A DNA stretch of 64,000 nucleotides from Candidatus Acidiferrum sp. (GCA_035602505.1 DATNMD010000049.1:8784-72783); one strand, 5' to 3'; positions 30,101-39,427 are shown, counted from the first letter of the stretch. Numbers and translations are program-made. The notes: generated from the letters alone by a model not told the origin.

Positions 30101-30514
30101 GCCGTCCAGCGACTTGTACGCGCCGTCGCCCCACGACGAGCTCTGCCGGTTGTTCGGCTCGCCCGTTCCCACCCACACCACCGAGGGGTCGGACGGCGCA
30201 ATCGCTATGTCGCCGATCGTCGACACCGCCTCTTTGTCGAACACCGGCGTCCAGGTGGTGCCGTTGTTGGTGGTCTTCCACACGCCGCCGGAAGCCACGC
30301 CTACAAAAACAATGTTCGGGTTGTTTTCCACCACCGCGAAGTCATCGATGCGCCCGCCCATCACCGCGGGACCGATCTCGCGTAGCTCCAGGCTCTTCAG
30401 TTTGTCGGTGGGGTTCGCCTGGTCCGCAGGCCGTGCCTCCGCTCCCGCAACAAGCGCTCCGCCAAACAACCCTGCGGCTGCTGCCAACTTCAAAAGAGAC
30501 GACACTCGCTTCAT
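27161..30514 (-). CDS. Secreted BNR/Asp-box (VPS10/sortilin-like) glycosyl-hydrolase-like protein
   Basis: Signal peptide from MKRVSSLL (30514); about ten S/TxDxGxT/SW Asp-boxes; GGLQDNG and LATHGRSIW. Confidence 0.88.
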   Translation of the reverse strand: MKRVSSLLKLAAAAGLFGGALVAGAEARPADQANPTDKLKSLELREIGPAVMGGRIDDFAVVENNPNIVFVGVASGGVWKTTNNGTTWTPVFDKEAVSTIGDIAIAPSDPSVVWVGTGEPNNRQSSSWGDGAYKSLDGGKTWQKMGLAATHHIGRIVIHPRNPDVVYVAALGHLWGPNAERGVYKTTDGGKTWSQVLKINDDTGVSDIAMDAQSPDILYAAAYERRRTSYGFNGGGSDSGIYKTTDGGATWKKLTKGLPYENGGDTGRIGLDIYRKDPNILYAIVQHEKGGTFRSEDKGETWKKMGDTNPRPSYYSQIRIDPNNDLRIWELGAQMFYSEDGGKKFATDRVRGIHGDFHAMWIDPADSNHMITGSDGGIHWSYDSGRTWDFVNTIAIGQFYEIGLDNERPYHICGGLQDNGSWCGPSQSLTRDGITNEDWNVIHGGDGFYAAIDPVEPWIVYTESQDGNIDRRDLRAGQQRSISPEAKYGEAHYRFQWNSPVVVSAHNHTTIYYGGNYLFKSAERGDTWTRLGGDLTTGADRNRLQIFGKTPDKNTLSRHDGVQEYPTITTLSESPLTPNVLWVGTDDGNLQVTRDGGKNWKNVASRVPGVPKGTYVSRVVASKSGEGAAFVTFDGHRNDDYGIYIFVTNDYGESWKAIRNGIPDSAGSVHVVREHPRNQNLLFAGLEFGLWVSWDRGANWTALKNNFPTVPVDDIEIQARENDLVLATHGRSIWIFDDITPIEKMDASVLNSDMTFFPPHAATIFNVRMRRWSGGQKFFTAKNPPYGAILNYYLKEAVPPEPLKTEQKTDKDDKDKAASAKSEKEEKGKSTAEDKSKSAAEPKKEGKVKISVTDKDGNVVREFDGPGAAGVNRTNWDLRYNSAAEPTPEQMEMINAGYWEGPRGPRVEPGKYTVKIKSGTKEETQEVVVEDDPHIQFSPEDRAARRAAIDQLYAMEKTAAKDRKTIQGLKDALNAARGQWKADAGKADVPKIPEEIQKVADELQKKVDKVAEKYIRERGELGNAGPPFEWKPDPLPDQVQGLLQDLDGFAAAPGGQQKEKLVELGPLVSDASAQVKKLIDEDLPALNKKMNDAGIPHIVPKPAEHHPDGGDSKESAR

Positions 30515-30705
30515 GATCCTCCCCTCATCACGCGGCGCGGCATCATACTCTGCTGCTTTCCGATGCGCATCATTTGTTTGTGGAAGCGACCCGGCCCCGT
30601 GCAGAAAGAGACGCATGCCGCCGCACCGCGGTTTCGCGGCCTGCTACACAACCCGGGAAGCCCGTGCTAGGCTATCGGGCTTACTCCATTGACCACATCG
30701 TCAGC

Positions 30706-33018
30706 GTGAATCGCCACTCTCATGCTCGGAAATTTTCCGCGCTTCAACTCCTTCTGCCGGTAACAGTGCTTTTTTCCGCGTTGATTTTTGACGGCGCAGC
30801 TTCGGACGCCGCGCAACAAGCCCGTCCGCCCATTGCCAAGGGCGGTGTCGCCGAGCTTTCTGCCGACGGCCCGCAGCGCCGCCAGGGCAATCTCTTCATT
30901 GCCGACGACAACGTCGATATCCACTACGCCGGCCAGCGCCTTCGCGCCGATCACATCGAATACAACGACCAGACCACGGAAGCTTTCGCGCGCGGCCACG
31001 TGCGATACGACTTCGAAAATCAGCATCTTGAAGCCGATGAAGCCCACTACAACGTCGGGACCGGCCGCGGCACGTTCATCAACGTTCGCGGCACGGTAAA
31101 AATCGAGCGCCGCCCGAATCCCACCTTACTCGTCACTGACAACCCGCTCTATTTCGAAGCTCGCCTGGTCGAAAGATTTGGAAACGACCTCTACATCATC
31201 CACCAGGCGTGGATCACGGTCTGCGACCCCCACCGCCCCACGTGGCAGTTCTATGCGCCGCGGGCCCGCGTCCGCCTCGGCAAAACGATGGCCCTCGTCA
31301 ACACTAACTTCCGCTTATTTCGCGTTCCGCTCATCTGGCTGCCGTACGCCACAGCGCCAGCTGGCCCGAAAATCCGCCAGTCCGGTCTGCTCGTACCCGT
31401 GGCCGGAAACAGCACCAGCAAAGGCTTCGTCTTCGGCGATGAATTTTACTGGGCACCCGTGAGCTGGATGGATACCACGGTCGGCGCCGAGCTTCTCAGC
31501 AGGCGCGGCTCCGCGGAACGCGCTCAGTTCCGCGCCACGCCCTGGGAGCACACTTCCATCCGCTACAACTATTTCGGCGTGATCGACCGCGAGCGGCAGG
31601 GCGGCCACGAGCAGCGCTTCGCCGTGCAATCGCTCCTGCCGCACAATTGGCGCTTTGTCGCCGACGTCAACGAGCTTTCCTCGCTTACGTTCCGGCTGGC
31701 TTTCGCCGACACTTTCGGCGACGCCATCAACTCCGATATTCGCAGCTCCATTTTTCTCACCCACAATTTCAGCGGCTTCAGTCTCAACCTCGCGTCACTG
31801 AACGACAGGAGCTTCCTCAATACCAATCCGCAAATGAGCGTGACGTTACGCAATACGCCGCAAGCCAGATTCGGTTCCGTCGAGCAGCGACTCTGGCGGC
31901 GCCTCCCTGTCTATTTTGGATTTGACGCCTTCGCCGGCGCCGTTGAGCGCGACGATATCGGTTTTGCTCCGAGCGCAACGTACCTGCCTATCGAGACGCC
32001 TAGTTTTGTTGCACGCACGGAGTTCGCGCCGCGCGTCACGCTGCCGCTCCACTTCGGACGGTGGCTCAACGCTACGACTACTGCCGCTTTTCGCACCACC
32101 TATTACGGAGCGTCCCTCACTCCCGCCGGCGCCGTCAGCACGCAATCCGTCACGCGCAACGATGGCGAGTTCACTCTCGATCTTCGCCTCCCAACCCTGG
32201 AACGTTTCTTCGATCCCATCGCGTCCGGCAAGACTAAATCTCGAAGACGCTACAAACACACCATCGAGCCGCGCATTACCTATCGCAATGTCACCGGCAT
32301 CGACAATTTCCTGCAATTCATTCGCTTTGATTCCGACGCCACACGCACCAACACTAACGAACTCGAATATGGCGTCACGCAACGCTTCTGGATGAAACCC
32401 GGCGACGACCAGCCGCAGGAGCTCCTCTCCTGGCGCCTGGTGCAGAAGCATTATTTCGACCCCACGTTCGGCGGCGCCATTCTCAACGGTCAGCGCAACG
32501 TTTTCGAGACTTTCGAGTCTATCTCGCCGTTTGCTTTCGCTCTTGGACCGCGCAACTCTTCGCCGATCGTCAGCGACTTCAAGATCACTCCCGGCGGCCT
32601 CTTTGATACCGAGCATTTGCTCGAATATGACCCGCAGCTCCACAAAATCACCGTCATCGGCACGCTGGTGAAGGTCAAGCCTTATCGCGAGTTCTTCGCC
32701 ACCCTTGCCCATTTTCGCTTGCAAGCCGATCCCATCCTGCAGCCGCTCTCTAATCAAGTGCGCGTGCTCATGGGCTACGGCAGCGAAACGCGTCGTGGCT
32801 TCAACGTCGCCACGGGCATCAGCTACGACATCACCAACAGCGCCCTGCAAAATCAACTCGTGCAAATCAGCTACAACGGCAAATGCTGCGGCATCGCGGT
32901 CGAATACCGCCGCATCGCTCTCGGACAGGTGCGCACCGACAATCAGTTCCGCGTCGCCTTCATAGTCGCCAACATCGGCACCTTCGGAAACCTCCGCCAC
33001 CAAGAAAAGATCTTCTAG
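30706..33018 (+). CDS. lptD: LPS-assembly outer-membrane protein LptD
   Basis: OstA-like N-domain (LRADHIEY), TVC..P.W..Y, RQSGLLVP, KHTIEP and a C-terminal Cys pair; likely GTG start at 30706. Confidence 0.85.
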   Translation: MNRHSHARKFSALQLLLPVTVLFSALIFDGAASDAAQQARPPIAKGGVAELSADGPQRRQGNLFIADDNVDIHYAGQRLRADHIEYNDQTTEAFARGHVRYDFENQHLEADEAHYNVGTGRGTFINVRGTVKIERRPNPTLLVTDNPLYFEARLVERFGNDLYIIHQAWITVCDPHRPTWQFYAPRARVRLGKTMALVNTNFRLFRVPLIWLPYATAPAGPKIRQSGLLVPVAGNSTSKGFVFGDEFYWAPVSWMDTTVGAELLSRRGSAERAQFRATPWEHTSIRYNYFGVIDRERQGGHEQRFAVQSLLPHNWRFVADVNELSSLTFRLAFADTFGDAINSDIRSSIFLTHNFSGFSLNLASLNDRSFLNTNPQMSVTLRNTPQARFGSVEQRLWRRLPVYFGFDAFAGAVERDDIGFAPSATYLPIETPSFVARTEFAPRVTLPLHFGRWLNATTTAAFRTTYYGASLTPAGAVSTQSVTRNDGEFTLDLRLPTLERFFDPIASGKTKSRRRYKHTIEPRITYRNVTGIDNFLQFIRFDSDATRTNTNELEYGVTQRFWMKPGDDQPQELLSWRLVQKHYFDPTFGGAILNGQRNVFETFESISPFAFALGPRNSSPIVSDFKITPGGLFDTEHLLEYDPQLHKITVIGTLVKVKPYREFFATLAHFRLQADPILQPLSNQVRVLMGYGSETRRGFNVATGISYDITNSALQNQLVQISYNGKCCGIAVEYRRIALGQVRTDNQFRVAFIVANIGTFGNLRHQEKIF

Positions 33019-33030
33019 TTCTTTTCATTG

Positions 33031-33072
33031 TCCTCTGCGTCCTCCGTGCCCCCTCCGTACCCTCTGTGTTAA
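33031..33072. repeat. Short CCTCTGTG-type repeat cluster
   Basis: Four degenerate CCTC(T/C)G(T/C)(G/A) units ending CCTCTGTGTTAAA; related cluster at 48685-48720. Confidence 0.6.
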
Positions 33073-33092
33073 ATTCTTTCCGTTTGCGCCCA

Positions 33093-34508
33093 ATGACCGA
33101 CACTGATCTAGCCTTCGCCTCCATCGAAGAAGTGGCTCGCCTCTATCGCAAGCGAAAGCTGTCCCCGGTTGAACTAACGAAACTCATGCTCGCGCGAATC
33201 GAGCAGTTGAACCCGAAATTAAACGCCTACATTACCGTCACGGCCGAACTCGCGCTCGCTCAAGCCAAAAAAGCCGAAGCCGAGCTTTTCGCGCCCCGAG
33301 GGCGCAACACGCGTCGCGGTCCCCTCCACGGCATCCCCATTTCGCTGAAAGACAACATCTACACGAAGGGCATCCGCACCACCGCCGGCTCCAAAATCCT
33401 GAAGGATTTCATTCCTGAACATGATGCTGAGGTCTGGGCCAAACTCCAGGAAGCCGGGGCGATCCTTTTAGGCAAGACCAATCTCCACGAATTCGCCTAC
33501 GGCGTAACCTCGAACAACCCACACTATGGCCCAACCCGCAATCCTTGGCATCTCGCGCGCATCCCTGGGGGTTCGAGCGGCGGTTCCGCAGCAGCCGTCG
33601 CCGCAGGCCTATGCTACGGCAGCATCGGAACAGACACCGGCGGCTCGATCCGCATCCCCGCGGCCCTCTGCGGTATCGTCGGCTTCAAGCCCGGGCTCGG
33701 CCGCGTCTCAGTCGAAGGCGTCGTGCCTTTATCGCCGCATCTCGATTTCGTCGGCACTCTAGCTCGCACCGTTGCCGATACAGCGCTCTTGCTTGACCCA
33801 ATTTTCGTCCGTGGCAAGGCTGAACCGAACCTTTCGTCCGCACAAAAATTCTCGAAGCGTGCCAACAAATTCCGTTTGGGATTACCGAAAGAGTTTTTCC
33901 TGGATCTTGTCTCTGACGATGTCTACATTGCGTTTCATGAAGCAATCAGGTCCCTGCAAAAGCAAGGCGCGAAGTTCAAAGACGTTTCCATTCCTCTGCT
34001 AAGCGAAACAGAAGAAGCCGGCAACCACATCGCGTGGGCCGAAGCCACGCACTATCACCAGCAAGCCGGCTGGTTCCCCGCCCACTCTGCAGATTACGGC
34101 GAGGACGTTCGTGCGCGCCTCGAAATGGGTACGAAAGTCTCGGCGACCGCCTATTTGCAAGCCCTCGAAACCCGCAACAAATTCATCCGGCGATTTCATC
34201 TCGCCATGACCGAAGCTGGAGTCGACGCACTCGTCGTCCCCACGACTCCCATCGCCGCTCCGCTAATCGGCGAAGAATCCACTCCCATCGGAAAAGCCAA
34301 TCATCCCACCCGCGCTCTGCTGCTTCGCCTGAATCGCCCTGCAAACTTGGCAGCCGTTCCCGCTCTGTCCGTACCGTGCGGCTTCACCTCTGCCGGCCTC
34401 CCCGTTGGCCTGCAACTAATCGGCGCCGTTACGGACGAACCGCTCCTACTCCACATAGCCCAAGTGGCACAGACAATCTTGCCTGTGCTCCAACGACCTA
34501 AGCTTTAA
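33093..34508 (+). CDS. Amidase signature family protein (GatA-like)
   Basis: GIPISLKD, GKTNLHEFA, GGSSGGS, GTDTGGSIRIPA and GLPVGLQL. Confidence 0.92.
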   Translation: MTDTDLAFASIEEVARLYRKRKLSPVELTKLMLARIEQLNPKLNAYITVTAELALAQAKKAEAELFAPRGRNTRRGPLHGIPISLKDNIYTKGIRTTAGSKILKDFIPEHDAEVWAKLQEAGAILLGKTNLHEFAYGVTSNNPHYGPTRNPWHLARIPGGSSGGSAAAVAAGLCYGSIGTDTGGSIRIPAALCGIVGFKPGLGRVSVEGVVPLSPHLDFVGTLARTVADTALLLDPIFVRGKAEPNLSSAQKFSKRANKFRLGLPKEFFLDLVSDDVYIAFHEAIRSLQKQGAKFKDVSIPLLSETEEAGNHIAWAEATHYHQQAGWFPAHSADYGEDVRARLEMGTKVSATAYLQALETRNKFIRRFHLAMTEAGVDALVVPTTPIAAPLIGEESTPIGKANHPTRALLLRLNRPANLAAVPALSVPCGFTSAGLPVGLQLIGAVTDEPLLLHIAQVAQTILPVLQRPKL

Positions 34509-34539
34509 GATAGGGGTGCAAATCATGACGGGCTAGCGA

Positions 34540-35643
34540 CTATGCTCTTTCGGCTTTCAATTCTCGACCGTAAATCTCTTCCTGCTTCTTCATAACCCAC
34601 TTCCCGATCACAAATCCCAGCGTCCCCGTGACCATCCCTCCCAAAATATCCGCTACGTAGTGATACCGCCCCCACACCGTCGAAACACACATGCACAGCA
34701 CCAGCGGCAGCATCACCCAAAACAACCAGCGCCGGTGCCGCCATGCGCCCCACAGAGCCGCGAACGATCCCGCCACATGCTCCGAAGGAAACGCCGCGCC
34801 CCGCACGCGCCCATAATGCTCGATAAAATTAACGACCGCCGTAAACGGCCCGCCGTGCAATTCCCCATGCCACGAGCGTGCCATTGCGAACCATGGGCTC
34901 TCAATCGGAAAAAGAATCGCGATCACATACCCGATCGCGTAGGCTACCGCCGAATACGTCATCACCGACCAATATCCGCGCCAATCTTCCCGGTAATACA
35001 AAATTCCGCCGAGTACCAGCAAATACAAAAAATAAGTGAAATATGCGAATTGCATAAACTCGTTGCGCGCCGGTGTGGCGAATTGCCCCAGCCAAATCAC
35101 CGGGTGCACGCCGGTGAGCCAGTGATCGAATGCAATCAGCTTCGCGTCCTGCCATCGCGGCGACACCAAATGCACGAGCGCGCCCAACTCCTCAAAGCAA
35201 AATAGGAAAAAAAGATGTGGATACCAATGCCTCCAAAAATGCCAGAATCTCTGCATCAGTGTGAGAGAGCCGTTTCTACTCTCGCCGAGGCTCTCCATCG
35301 CTGACATCGAAACAGGACTCCAGACATTAGCCTCAGCTCGACACAAAGCCACGATCAGTAGCGCCACGAGCGCCTGCACACTGAGCAACCGCAGGGGATG
35401 TGCCAAATTCCGCGCAAAAATCACAATCAGCGCGCTCGAAATCGCCAAATATCCCAGCGCCACCCATTCAAAGGGCCCGTAAGCCGCCACAGCCGACGCC
35501 AATTCCCCACGCAAGCCACCGGCAATGGCACGTCGCGAACCCAGAACCGTTAAGCGCGCTGTCTCTTCCTGCGACCCAATGCCCGGCTGCCAAGCCGCCC
35601 CGAATTCATTTCCCCGATACTCGCTCCCAGACGAACGACTCAT
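34540..35643 (-). CDS. PAP2 superfamily membrane protein (IPC synthase/AUR1-like)
   Basis: AFPSEHV and RYHYVAD motifs, multiple TM helices; ATG 35643 overlaps the upstream stop (ATGA). Confidence 0.8.
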   Translation of the reverse strand: MSRSSGSEYRGNEFGAAWQPGIGSQEETARLTVLGSRRAIAGGLRGELASAVAAYGPFEWVALGYLAISSALIVIFARNLAHPLRLLSVQALVALLIVALCRAEANVWSPVSMSAMESLGESRNGSLTLMQRFWHFWRHWYPHLFFLFCFEELGALVHLVSPRWQDAKLIAFDHWLTGVHPVIWLGQFATPARNEFMQFAYFTYFLYLLVLGGILYYREDWRGYWSVMTYSAVAYAIGYVIAILFPIESPWFAMARSWHGELHGGPFTAVVNFIEHYGRVRGAAFPSEHVAGSFAALWGAWRHRRWLFWVMLPLVLCMCVSTVWGRYHYVADILGGMVTGTLGFVIGKWVMKKQEEIYGRELKAERA

Positions 35644-36422
35644 CCCACGTTCTCCCAAATCTCTTCAGCTCTTCTCCGTGCTCTCTCCATCCTCTGTGAG
35701 ATCTGCGTTGAGTCTTTTCCCTCCGCCCACTTCAGCATCGACCACCCCCGTCGCCGCGCCAGCCTCTCCATCCTCCGAGAGGGATTCACTGCCACCGCCC
35801 GCCCAACAGCTTCGAGCATCCATCGATCACTTGCGCGATCTCCGTAGGCACAGCATTGCGCCAACTCAAATCCCTTTTCCACGGCCAACCGCCGCACAGC
35901 CCGCGCCTTTGCCTCGCCGAACATCGCATCCCCAACAATCCTCCCCGTCCAGCGCCCCTCGTTTTCTTCTAACCGCGTAGCGCAAACCGCCACCGAAGCC
36001 GCAATTCCGCGCACGGCCAGCCGCACCACCAGCGCCAGCGCTATCTCCTGTGCCAAAAGCGCCAGCGTGCCGCTCACCAAAACAATCGCGTGCCCCTGCT
36101 GCGCGTGCCAGGCCACTTGGTCCACCCCTTCCGGAAAGAACCGTGGGACAGCCATTTCTGGCTGTCCACTTCCTCTTCGAGATCCACTCTCCCCGGCGCA
36201 CACGCCGCGCAAATACATTTTGTTCGCGTGCCGCATCATCTGAATTCCTCGAGGCGCGAGCCACGCCGCCCGCGCCAGCCACAAAAAATAATTCCGCATC
36301 GGGATCACGCGCCGATACCGCAATTCCGCAAAAAGTCGCCGCTCGAGCGAAGGCCGCGCTATCAGCGTCCCGTCCAAATCAAAAAACGCCGCAACCCGTC
36401 CGCTTGTCCCTAGCCTTTTCAT
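35640..36422 (-). CDS. HAD-IB family phosphatase
   Basis: FFDLDGTL, VLVSGT, GEAK and AYGDRASD; ATG 36422 overlaps the upstream stop (ATGA). Confidence 0.88.
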   Translation of the reverse strand: MKRLGTSGRVAAFFDLDGTLIARPSLERRLFAELRYRRVIPMRNYFLWLARAAWLAPRGIQMMRHANKMYLRGVCAGESGSRRGSGQPEMAVPRFFPEGVDQVAWHAQQGHAIVLVSGTLALLAQEIALALVVRLAVRGIAASVAVCATRLEENEGRWTGRIVGDAMFGEAKARAVRRLAVEKGFELAQCCAYGDRASDRWMLEAVGRAVAVNPSRRMERLARRRGWSMLKWAEGKDSTQISQRMERARRRAEEIWENVG

Positions 36423-37096
36423 GCGATTTTCCTCGCAATCCTCTTCCCGCCGCGCGCCACTATTCCATCCGCGAAATACTTCCATCCCTCCAGCAGCACC
36501 GGCAGCCCCCGCACCAAGCAAAATCCCGCCGTCGCCCACGTCAACAACTGCGCCCCCAAACTAATCAACATCTTAGCGTCGGCAGCTAACTCCCCGATTA
36601 ACGCTACTGGTCCTCGCGTCAGCGCCAACTCCAATCCCAAATAGCAAAAACACAAGCACTTCATCGCCGCATACAATCCGCGGCTCCACCTCGAAGCCAC
36701 TAGTCCCCGTCCCCACCAGGTCTGCAGCATCGCGTTCGCTCCCCATCCCGAATGTCCCGCGTGCATCGTCAGCCCGCGAAGAAAATCCGTCGCCGCCCCG
36801 CGCGCAAAGAAAAATACCGGCAACCACAGCGACACCATCCCCACCGCGGCAAAGTAAGTGAAGTACACGTTCTCGATCATCCGGTCGCCCAAGATGTCGA
36901 TCTGCGCCCCCACCGGCGTCGCCAGCTTCTTTGTTCGCGCGATGTGCCCGTCCAGCGCATCGAGTGCTATCGACGCCACCGTCAGTCCCACCGCCGCCAG
37001 GTTCGCCCACATGCCGCGGCCAAACAGACTCACCGCCGCAAATCCCACCAGCACCCGCAACAGCGTCACTTTGTTCGGCGTCCAGCACATACTCAT
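36419..37096 (-). CDS. CDP-alcohol phosphatidyltransferase
   Basis: TPNKVTLLR and DALDGHIAR...GAQIDILGD signature. Confidence 0.92.
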   Translation of the reverse strand: MSMCWTPNKVTLLRVLVGFAAVSLFGRGMWANLAAVGLTVASIALDALDGHIARTKKLATPVGAQIDILGDRMIENVYFTYFAAVGMVSLWLPVFFFARGAATDFLRGLTMHAGHSGWGANAMLQTWWGRGLVASRWSRGLYAAMKCLCFCYLGLELALTRGPVALIGELAADAKMLISLGAQLLTWATAGFCLVRGLPVLLEGWKYFADGIVARGGKRIARKIA

Positions 37097-37554
37097 TCGG
37101 TAGCCCAGCCATTTGCGGCTGTTCTCTGGCCTGCTCGGAGGAATGCAACACCGCTGCCAACAGCGAATTTCTAAGCCATGTATTTCCAGCAGCTTGTGGA
37201 GGGCCTTCTTGATTACACTTATCGCCCCGCCAGCCAAATCCCTCATCTGTCGGCCATTCGCTACCCCACCACGCTGCCGTCCGTCCAAACAATTGCTCCG
37301 CTGTTGGAATAATCTGGCCGCGAATCCAGGTCATCTCTCGTAGTGGCCACTTCCGGTGGGCGATGCGCCGAAAGGCCGCGATTCGGCGAGTGCCGGCGCA
37401 AGCACTCACGCACTTTGTGGGACAATAAGAAGTTGCGCGCCAAGCGCGGCACCGCATATAGTGCGCCGCGCCGGGTATCGAGCCGCTGCGAAAACTGGCC
37501 AGGGCAAGCCTGGCCCCAAGCCACGACTCACAGGAAACGAAGGAACGATCACGA

Positions 37555-38451
37555 ATGACCGACGTCTCACTCTTAGGAGCTTTTCTAGCCGGCCTGGTCT
37601 CCTTTCTTTCCCCCTGCGTTCTTCCTCTCGTTCCCGGCTACATCTCCATGCTCTCCGGCATCGGTATGGAGCAGCTTCGCCAGGGTCAGCCGCCCCGCGC
37701 CGGACTATTCGCTTCTTCTCTAGCTTTCGTTGCCGGTTTCTCTGTCGTCTTTATTTCCTTCGGCGCCTCGGCCAGCGCCGTCGGCACATTTCTGCGTCAA
37801 AACCGTTCACTGCTCGCCCCCATCGCCGGCGCGCTGATTCTTCTTTTCGGCCTGCACCTTCTCGGCGTTCTCATCAAGCTGACGGTCCGCACCGGCCTCA
37901 TACTCGGCGGCGTGCTCGCGCTTCTCGGCCTCGTCGCGCTTCTGCGCGGCGGTCCACTCGTCGCTGGTTTCGGCTTCGTTCACTTTTTCTCGCTGTCGCT
38001 GATTGGTTTCTTCGGTCCGGCCATGACGCGCTGGCTTAATCGCGACGTTCGCCTCCGCACCAACAGCACGCAGCCCGGCATTTGGAGCGGGTTCCTCCTC
38101 GGCTTTGCCTTTGCCTTCGGCTGGACGCCGTGCATCGGACCAATTCTTGCGACCGTGCTGGCACTCGCAGCAGCCAGCGACACCATCGCCCGCGGCGTTC
38201 TCCTTCTCGCCGTGTACTCCGCCGGGCTCGCGGTGCCCTTTCTACTTACCGCTCTAGGCATCGGCCAGTTTTTGCGCTTCTACCAACGCTTCCGAAAGCA
38301 TCTCCACGCCGTCGAACTTTTTAGCGGCGCTCTGCTTCTTTTTGTCGGCGGCCTGATTTTCACCAACCGCCTCACCTGGATGGCCGGAAAGCTTGGCTTT
38401 CTCAACAGCATCGTTCTATGGCTGGAAAGATCCTTGACCGGAGCGAAATGA
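37555..38451 (+). CDS. ccdA: CcdA/DsbD-beta family transmembrane thiol-disulfide transporter
   Basis: SFLSPCVLP and FGWTPCIGP cysteine motifs. Confidence 0.9.
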   Translation: MTDVSLLGAFLAGLVSFLSPCVLPLVPGYISMLSGIGMEQLRQGQPPRAGLFASSLAFVAGFSVVFISFGASASAVGTFLRQNRSLLAPIAGALILLFGLHLLGVLIKLTVRTGLILGGVLALLGLVALLRGGPLVAGFGFVHFFSLSLIGFFGPAMTRWLNRDVRLRTNSTQPGIWSGFLLGFAFAFGWTPCIGPILATVLALAAASDTIARGVLLLAVYSAGLAVPFLLTALGIGQFLRFYQRFRKHLHAVELFSGALLLFVGGLIFTNRLTWMAGKLGFLNSIVLWLERSLTGAK

Positions 38452-38524
38452 AGCGCCCACTTTTGCCGTGCTCGCCAACCTGCGAGATAATATTTTCGAT
38501 AGTTAAATCTGGAGGAGTCGAACG

Positions 38525-39085
38525 TTGAAGAAATCTGTGCTGGTAATCATCGCGGTGGTGGCGGTCATCGCCGTGACGTATCTTGCGGACCGTGCCACGC
38601 GCCAGCCGCGGAAAAGCCACATTCGCCTTACGGTGAGTAATTCTGCCGCGAAGCCCGCGCCAGAAGTGACTCTGAAGGATCTCGACGGCAAAGATCTCTC
38701 CCTGGCCCAATACAAGGGCAAAGTAGTGCTCGTCAATTTCTGGGCTACTTGGTGCGAGCCCTGCCTCGTCGAAATTCCCTGGCTCATCGAAATGCAGCAA
38801 AAGTACGCCGCCCAAGGCTTCACCGTGCTCGGCATCGCCATGGACGAAGAAGGTGCGAGCGTGGTCACTCCGTGGGTCAAAAAGGAGCGCTTCGACGTCA
38901 ACGGCTCCAAATCCCAGATGAACTACCCGATCGTCATCGGAAACGACGCCGCAGCCGACAAGTTCGGCGGCCTGCTCGGCTATCCCACTAGCGTCCTCAT
39001 CACCCGCGACGGCAAAGTCGTCAAGCGCATCACCGGAATCATCAGCTACGACGAAATCTCCAAATCCATCGAGTCTCAGCTCTGA
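38525..39085 (+). CDS. TlpA/ResA-like thiol-disulfide oxidoreductase
   Basis: N-terminal anchor, VNFWATWCEPC and GYPTS. Confidence 0.92.
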   Translation: MKKSVLVIIAVVAVIAVTYLADRATRQPRKSHIRLTVSNSAAKPAPEVTLKDLDGKDLSLAQYKGKVVLVNFWATWCEPCLVEIPWLIEMQQKYAAQGFTVLGIAMDEEGASVVTPWVKKERFDVNGSKSQMNYPIVIGNDAAADKFGGLLGYPTSVLITRDGKVVKRITGIISYDEISKSIESQL

Positions 39086-39097
39086 TACTCTGAAGCC

Positions 39098-39427
39098 ATG
39101 GACGAAAAAGACTTCCAACGAAAGGCCGACGCTGCCTTCGATGATCTCAAGCGTCGCCTGCTCACGCTTGGCGATGAGCATGGCTTTGATGTCGAAGGCG
39201 AAAGCGGCAAACTCGAAGTCATCTTCGAGGAGCCTGAAGAAGCCAAATTCGTCGTTTCGCCAAACACTCCCGTTCGCGAAATCTGGATCTCCGCCCTCTC
39301 CACCAGTTTCAAGCTCGGCTGGTCCGACTCCAAGAACGCGTTCATTCTCGAAAAAACCGGCGAAAATCTCCTCGACGTTATGAGCCGCGTCGTCTCTCAG
39401 CAACTGGGCCAGCAGGTGCATCTGTGA
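39098..39427 (+). CDS. cyaY: Frataxin-like iron donor CyaY
   Basis: Acidic N-terminal helix, then V.SPNTPVREIWIS; 109 aa. Confidence 0.85.
   Translation: MDEKDFQRKADAAFDDLKRRLLTLGDEHGFDVEGESGKLEVIFEEPEEAKFVVSPNTPVREIWISALSTSFKLGWSDSKNAFILEKTGENLLDVMSRVVSQQLGQQVHL

Noticed and set aside
28838-30385. Long antisense ORFs (also 24617-25633, 31846-33003, 38402-39421, 11727-12782, 58284-59189)
   Set aside because: Shadows of real genes on the opposite strand, expected in high-GC codon-biased DNA.
36573-37457. Trp-rich alternative-frame ORF upstream of and overlapping the CDP-alcohol transferase (possible frameshifted N-terminus)
   Set aside because: No recognisable domain or slippery site, and the transferase is complete from 37096.
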